A DNA stretch of 23,747 nt, taken from contig CDRNVI010000238.1 in the NCBI GenBank assembly GCA_977017575.1, positions 1-23,747 of the forward strand, in the 5' to 3' direction. The notes under the pieces are model-generated. The model was not told the DNA's origin and did not search any database. It worked only from the letters and a program-made list of their open reading frames with translations. The stretch comes from Paramoeba atlantica. Lineage: Eukaryota > Protista > Discosea. Position numbers and translations under genes: made by a program. Below are positions 16,904-23,747 of this stretch, piece after piece (the stretch's first letter is position 1; the number at the start of each line of letters is the position of its first letter).

Positions 16904-19431
16904 CAATATTATATCGGGTTCCTTCCAGGGGGGCCTAATTAGTCTTTTTGGGCCTAATTAGGCTCCTGTTTGTTGGCCAAAATAAAGCACATTTTTGAAC
17001 TTTTTTTTTTTTTGACTTTCTTTTGTGTTTCTTTGAGGTTTTTTCTTGATTTTCATCATAATGCCTTTCTCAGAAAGTCTGAATGAAAAAAGTTACAGTG
17101 GTGAGAAAAATGAGTTCTGGATCAACTTCTCCAAGAATTGAAGAATTGAAGGAGGATACTATTTGGTTCTGCAAAGCTGTGAACCTTTGCCCTTCTCATC
17201 TTCTAAGGAAACATTTTGGTGACCAATATCAAGGAGCATCTCTCTCTTCACTCAGGGTAAAAAGGGTGGAACTTCAGAACTATGACAGGAAATCTCAGAT
17301 GGTAGTTTTGCTTTGTTCTCCTGTCTTCCAGAATGATTACCTTCTGGCTCTCCCTGAAAATTTGAAGTTTGTTGGAGAAGCGGATGTCTCAGAGGGTTGT
17401 GGGACTTCAACTCATCCATCTTCATCTTCATCATCCTCTTCTGGCTCAGGAGGATCAAGTTCTGGTTCATCCCAGGCATCAACAACCTCTGTGCCTGTTT
17501 TGGGCTCATCTGATACTGATGATGAAGATACTGAATCTTGCTCTGATATTGAGGAGGAAGGGGAAGACAATGCAGCAGAACTCATTGAAAATAATCTTTC
17601 CTTTGTGTTTCTGAGTGGTCTTCCTCAACAACTGATGCTCGTGCTGTGATAGGAGCACAAGACTTCAAGGCCTGTACAAGAATTCGCTTTGATGCTGTTT
17701 ATGTTCCCACTCCCCTCGATATTTTTCTCCAAGTTCTGCCTCTAACCTTTCTAAAAACTGATGTGCTGAAAGCAACAAATGAGTTTAACCATTCTTTGAA
17801 CTTCACTGAAGCTGAAATGCTTGATTTTATTGCCTTGTGCCAGATTATGTCTTTCTACCCAGGACATAAAAGAAGGGATTTTTTTCGAATTTCAAAGGAT
17901 TCAGCTGGATCTTCCTTGCATGGTACACTGCCTTATCTTGGGAAATATATCAGTAGAAATTGGTTTGATATGATTGTCTCCTCTCTTAAACTTGCTCCTC
18001 TCTCTGCAAAACCCTCTTACACAGACCGTATGTGGGAAATTCAACCCCTGATTGCTGCTTTTAACAAAAAGATGAAGACCATCTTTGTTCCAAGTTGGCA
18101 GGTCTGTCTGGATGAGTCTATGGTGGTGTGGTTCTGTAAATGGGCTCCTGGTTGGATGTTTGTTCAGAGGGAACCTCATCCTTTTGGAAATGAATATTAT
18201 ACAATTGGTTGTGGGGAGACTAGAGTGATATTCTTTCTTGAAATTGTGGAAGGAAAGTCCCATCCTCCTGAAATGGGCCTGCCCAAGTTTCAACCTCCAT
18301 CTGGTTCTGGAGCGAAAACTGTTGGTTTAATGCTTAGAATGACTGAGGGAATTTGGGGAACTGGTCGAGTAGTTGCTTTGGATAGTGGTTTTTGTGTGTT
18401 GGAAGGTTGTATTCAACTTCTTTGAGAAGGGATTGTATTGTACTTCAGTTGTGAAGAAAAAACGATATTGGCCCAAAGGAATTCCAGGGGAAGAGATTGT
18501 TGCACACCTCAAGGAGAAGGAACCTGGTTATGTGTGAAAGTGAAGAAAGGATCTCTGAGAGGTTATAAATTCGATGTGGAGGCTTTCCAAGATGTTCATC
18601 ACTCTTCTATAATGATTAATACCTGGGGAACTTCTTTTCCCACTGGTTGCCCATGAAATCACAAGCTTGAAGGCCAAAGACTCTCCCTGTGATATACTCA
18701 GCCTCTTGACTTTTACTATCAAACCAGGCATTGTGTGGATGATCACAACCAACTGAGGCAAGGTTCTCTCTCCTTGGAGAGTTCCTGGAAGACCAAAAAA
18801 TGGGTCCACAGGCAGTTTGCTTTCATTCTTGTAGTTGTGGAAGTCAATGCCTTCCTCATATTTCAGCACTTTTTCCCCTGAGCCAAAGAGCTCTCCTTTG
18901 CAGAATTTCGTTTTGAGGTTGCCCAAGGTCTACTCTCTCAGAATCATCTCTTGGATGAAGGCTATAACCTGCGAATACCACTCCCAACTCATGTAGAACA
19001 TCATCTGATGATCAAGCCCAACTTTGCTGGAGTTTGGTGAAATGGTAATTGGACTGAAGCCAGACAAGAGTACCAGAAGAGTAGGATGCAATGGGACAAA
19101 TTGTACAAAGAAAGTTCGAACCTATTGCTCCTGTGATCAAACACTCATTTTTTGTTCAGGTTGCTTTGCTGACCATATGAGCAGGCACATGACTGAGGAC
19201 TAATTAGTCCTTTTGAAAAATGATGTTTTTTTTTTTTTTGGTGACTCAATTTTTTTTTTCAAAAAACAATATTTGGACAAATATTTCTTGATATTCTTGT
19301 TTAAAAGATCTTTATTAAAAAGTTTATCAAAAAAAATCTCCCCTCCACCCACCAGTGGCTTCAAAAAAAGAGTCAAAAATAGGGACCTAATTAGTCTTTT
19401 GGCCTGGAAGGAACCTGATTTTCTGGAGAGT
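16904..19431 (+). mobile_element. piggyBac-superfamily DNA transposon, full-length but inactivated
   Basis: TTAA at 16900-16903 and 19432-19435. Inverted 17-mer ATC(G/A)GGTTCCTTCCAGG at 16913-16929 and 19403-19419. Four CTAATTAG palindromes in the subterminal regions, with a transposase between. Confidence 0.9.
17083..19203 (+). pseudogene. piggyBac-like (PGBD/DDE_Tnp_1_7-type) transposase with frameshifts and TGA stops
   Basis: Catalytic motifs CLDESM (D 18111), ALDSGF (D 18381) and CVDDHN (D 18738), plus REPHPFGNEY and RYWPKGIPG. C-terminal Cys-rich domain CNGTNC..RTYCSC..FCSGCFADH ends in TAA at 19201-19203. About 4 frameshifts. Confidence 0.93.
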
Positions 19432-19519
19432 TTAACAATTTTATTTGTTTTTTTCTGGTTTTTCTGGTTTTTTCTTTTTTTCTGGTTTTTCCTTTTCTTT
19501 TGGAAGATGGTGAAACATT

Positions 19520-21750
19520 TCTCCCAGAGTCTCACAGTTTTTGTGCTGTGTGTGGTTCACATATCTCAGATCAATCTTTCTCTTTGGTACAAAAAGGCTG
19601 GAGATGCTGCTGTTGGTGAAGTCTCCTCTTTGTCCTGTTCCTTTGTATACTTCTTGAGTACTTTCTCTGGCCTTCTTTTCCATTGTTTATCCCTCTTGAT
19701 TATCCTTGGTTTTGGTCTTTTCCCCTTTTTGGAGTAGAGTTTCTCAAGCCAACTCCAAAACCCCCCCCCTTATTTATCTTGATCTCAATCTTCCATCTTC
19801 TTTTCTTTCTGATTGCAATCTGAACCAATTGGGCCAATTCAACATTCAAATAGGTTCTTGGCTGCTTCCTCTTAACTGCCCAAAAGGTGGCTTGACAAAA
19901 GGTCTCAATATTCAGACCCCCCCTTGCATCCCCTGAGGATCTCAGTGACCCTTATCAAGGGGGGAAATATTCATCCTTTTGGCCAACTGAGCTGATTGGC
20001 ATTACTAGTCTGCTCCTCTTGGGTTCATATTTCTTCATCACTTTCTTTGAAATCTCCTTGAACCTCCTCATTTGATAACATCCACCTCTCAAGATCCTTG
20101 GATTTCCTAAAGTTGGTGTTAGAGAATCATTTTCTTCTGTTCTTGTTGATAGGATTGAAGATTTCTCCTAAATCAAATTTCACTTTCTCATCCTTTCCAT
20201 TCTCATGTGTCTCTCTCTCTCTTTTATTTCTTTCTCAAGTCCTAAATTCTCTTTCTCCATTTCCCCCTATTCCCCTCATTAATTCCACAAGTTGGTCTTC
20301 CACACCATGCTTGAATTTGATCATGGTGACTACAATGATGAGGTACAAGAGTGCTTTTTATGTGCAGAAAGTGCTTAGATTCTTTGATCAAGGATATCTT
20401 TTGAGATATTGCATTCCTTCTGATGATGTGTGCGCTTTTTGTTCATCTCCTGTGCGCCCCATTTTGCCCCTCATCCACTCTTGTCTTACCCCTTCCTTCT
20501 TCTTTGCCTTCTTCTCCTCTGGTTTTTAATTTACTTTAAAGATGTCAGATCATGCAAGATGAACTTGTGGACACAAGATTGGAAATTCAAAATTGATTAT
20601 TCTTTGCTTCTATTTTTGATTCTGATAATATTCCATTCAAGAGAAGATTTCTCATTTGTTTACAAAATGAATCAGCCATTTGTTCAATTCAGGTTTATTG
20701 CTTTGTCTCCTCTCCAATATCTCTGCTTGTCCTTACCCCTCTCTTTAGGAGTTTGTTCATCAGTTATTCAAACTAAGTCTTGCTCAGATAAAGCATTAAT
20801 CTTTTGGGTGACTCTTTTGTGCCCTACATTTGGTTTTGGCATGGGTGTGTGCACTCAACATCCTCCTCCATTCCAGATAAGGTTCAGTGAGAGCATCACC
20901 ACTTGAGTGGCCTGGTGTTTGAGACTGAAATTGAAAGTTGACCCATCAATGCATTAACAAATGTCTTATATAAAGTTGACCTATCAATTGCATACTCAGT
21001 GTTTTGGCCAATGCTGAAACCTTGAGTGATGTGGGCTCTTGGAGTGCACACTGGAGAACAAGTTGACCCATGCAACACCTCAGACCCAAAATGATGACTG
21101 TTTGTTGAGGGAGCAAGTTGACTCATGTTTTCTGATGACTCTTGTCTGGTTTGAGCAGGGGAGCAAAGTTTCAAAACAAATCTCTTTTCAGAGCTCCAAT
21201 GATGAGAGTGAAACTGTCATCTTGCTCATGATAAATAGCAACAGTTGGATCATTTTTGTTTGTCCAATTTTCTTTTGAGTTCATCAAGGTCCTTACAATT
21301 CTCAATCATTTCATTGAGTTGTGTCAGCATTTGCTTCTTTCCTGCTTGGAGGTCAATTTCCTCTTCTCTTTTCCTTTTGGGTGGTGGAGGGGTTTGGTCA
21401 GATTGAGCAAACCACTGGACCAAGTTCATGCAATTACTTGAGAACATTTCAAAAGCTATATGTTGCCATAAGTTGAGATGAGGGAGGACCAAGTCTTGTG
21501 TCCCTGGCCAATTCCTTTCACTTTCAAAAGTTTTCCAATTGTTCAGCCAAAAACATTGAAGACTACTGTGATCAGTGTTTTCTTCATGAGCTTACATCAG
21601 GTTGTATTGACCCAAACAATGAAGAAGAAGAAGAAGAAGAACTTGAATCAGAGTTTCTTCAAACAATCAGTGTCAAGTTAAGATCACTGAGAATACATCC
21701 AGGAATGGAAGTCTCTGGTGAAAGAGTTTCTGTTTGGATCAATTGACAAA
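19520..21750 (-). pseudogene. Long decayed coding region, possibly ORF1 plus the 5' part of ORF2 of a retroelement
   Basis: Protein-like frames joined across TGA stops and frameshifts (QTPPPPKRKREEEIDLQAGKKQMLTQLNEMIENCKDLDELKRKL; ISKKVMKKYEPKRSRLVMP...). LIWNGGG..KR..I..L...DLV.I near 20880-20770 is only weakly APE-endonuclease-like. Confidence 0.33.
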
Positions 21751-22384
21751 ACAAGTTCTTTTTTTCCCTTTCACAACATCATCACCTTCAACTTCTATGC
21801 ATAACCTTTTCTTTCAAATCAAACAATCCAATCATCAAAAGAATAATAAACACACACTTTTTTTCCTTTTTCTTTTTCTTTTTTGTTCCATTTCTTCAAC
21901 CTTCACCATCTTCATTCAACCAAAAAACAAACAAATCAGAAAAGAGACCACAAGAGTGAACATATGGATATAACATCAGATTTTTTTTGAAGGCTCAAAA
22001 GGAATATTTGAAGTCACTTCAATCCTAAAAACACTATGATTGCAAGTGCAGCTTAAGCCCACTCTCATGTAAAGCATTAAACCAACAGTTTGTTTTCACT
22101 CCAAAACCTGATGGAGGTTGAAACTTGAACAAGCCCATTTCAGGAATTTCAAGAGGATGGAACTTTCTCTTGACAATTTCAAGAAAAAATATCACTTTAG
22201 TCTCCCCTCAACCAATTATATGATGTTCATTTCCAAAAAAATATGGTTTCTTTTTGAACAAACATTCAACTAAAAGTCAATTTGTAGAACCACACCACTA
22301 TACACTCATTCAGACAGACCTAACAGATCTGTTAACTTGGAGCAAAGATGGTCTTCATCTTTTTGTTAAAAGCAACATGTAATC

Positions 22385-23747
22385 ATGGATGGGGTGATCT
22401 CTCATGATGATAATGTGGTTAAAAAAGCAATTAAGGATTTTTGGGAGGGTCTTCTCAGCACAGAAAGATCATATAACAAAGATTCTCTTGATGAACTGAC
22501 TGACCACCAACCTCATTTCCCCCCAGTTGAGAAACATAATGTGGACAGGAAGAAAGTCAATAAACTACTTCAAACCAACAACACCAGCACAGGACCTGAT
22601 GGTATTCCCTTCTCTTTGTATAAGGCAACACAAGAGAAGTACTTTGATATGTGGGTAGAACTAATTCAACAAGCAAGTGAGGTTATGGATTTTCAGGAGA
22701 TCAATTGATGAAGCAGTAAAATCAGTATATAACTCTTTTTACAAAGCTTTGGCAGAGGAGAAAGATGTGACTCTCCTCCAAACAGACTTTTGCAAGGCAT
22801 ATGATTATGTGAATTGTGATGCACTCCTTCATATTCTCAAAGGTTTGAACACCCCCCTCAAGCAATCTATGTTGTTGAGAAAGTTCTTTGTGAATATGTA
22901 ACCTGGCTGCTAAATATTGGTGGATCCAAGAGGGCAGGCACCAAAGAATTGATCCAAAGATGGACAGGAGTTAGACAAGGATGCCCAATCTCCCCTCTAT
23001 TGTTTGTGATTGTGTTTGACATCCTCCTTGTGAGTCTGAAGAAGAAACACAACCCCCAAGATCTGCCAGGCTTTATAGATGATTTGGGAATGGTGCTTCA
23101 GAGAGCTGAAACCATCAATTCTCTCACTCCAACCTTTAAGAAATATGAAGAAGTGACTGGAGCTAAACTGAACTTTAATAAGTGCTTTGTCCTCTCAACT
23201 GAGTCTTACAAACCAGTAGGCCCCTGGTCTGAGATGGCAAGACCCAATTACTGTGGTGATGAAACTGGGAGTGAGATTGAGTAAATGGTTATCTCCTCTC
23301 AAAGATTGGGAGAAGGTGGTCCAAAAGATGAAGAAAGTTGGAATAGCAATTAAAAAGAGAGGTGGGAATTTTTGCTCAAGAGTGAAAATGGTCAATACCT
23401 ATCTAACTCCATGTATGGAATACTTAGTGAGATTCAAGTTGATCCTAAAATCTGTCACCTCTTTGATGTGGAAATCCCTCTGCTCAGCCCTGAATGCTTA
23501 TGCCAACACTAAAACCTCTGTTCTTACTTTATACTATCCCCTTTGAACTCAAATCCTCAACTACACCACTCCATTGTTTTTAATTGAGCTCTTTTCACTT
23601 CTTGTCCACCAATGAGGAGTGATTATCAGAGTCCTCTCTCCATTGGAGCTATGTAGAAAGATGCTTTTATTGCAGCCCAAAGCCTTTCTTCCAAAGTTGT
23701 GTTTGGCCAGGCCACTTGTTGCATATACCAATATATCTCAAATGATT
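22385..23747 (+). mobile_element. Non-LTR retrotransposon (L1/Tx1-like) ORF2 reverse transcriptase pseudogene, running off the right edge
   Basis: STGPDGIP (G 22592), TDFCKAYDYV (D 22785), GVRQGCPISPLLF (Q 22976), GFIDDL (23069-23086) and GAKLNFNKC. Multiple frameshifts, and domains 1-2 are largely missing. Confidence 0.92.

Noticed and set aside
21498-21746. Plus-strand ORF with a poly-Glu run as a real gene
   Set aside because: Short, in antisense register with the longer minus-strand relic, and the Glu run is a (GAA)n microsatellite. The strand cannot be settled by eye.

Overview
Eukaryotic, AT-rich and strongly CpG-depleted DNA. The host is unidentified and probably a protist (inference). 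The window opens with the last ~60 nt of a 28S/LSU rRNA gene, so it is a 3' rDNA spacer or array flank. I see no intact host protein gene. It holds two structurally intact tRNAs (Glu-TTC, initiator-like Met-CAT) and several CpG-decayed Pol III pseudogenes: three tRNA-Gly relics inside a ~350-bp repeat, anticodon-deleted duplicates of both intact tRNAs, tRNA-Arg and 5S. Mobile-element relics include a near-complete TTAA-flanked piggyBac-like transposon, a THAP-DDE transposase, a CCHC gag/ORF1-like relic, an L1/Tx1-like reverse transcriptase and very short poly(A) retro-insertions with target-site duplications. The most unusual part is the first 4.2 kb. There, tRNA-Gly-containing repeats alternate with unrelated foreign-looking fragments: a possible RNA-virus RdRp relic, a young hairpin-rich poly(A)-tailed cassette, the THAP transposase and an unknown gene. 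Positions ~11.3-15.6 kb are mostly low-complexity tracts, and most ORFs in the supplied track there are artefacts. All translations and alignments were done by eye, with no database searches.
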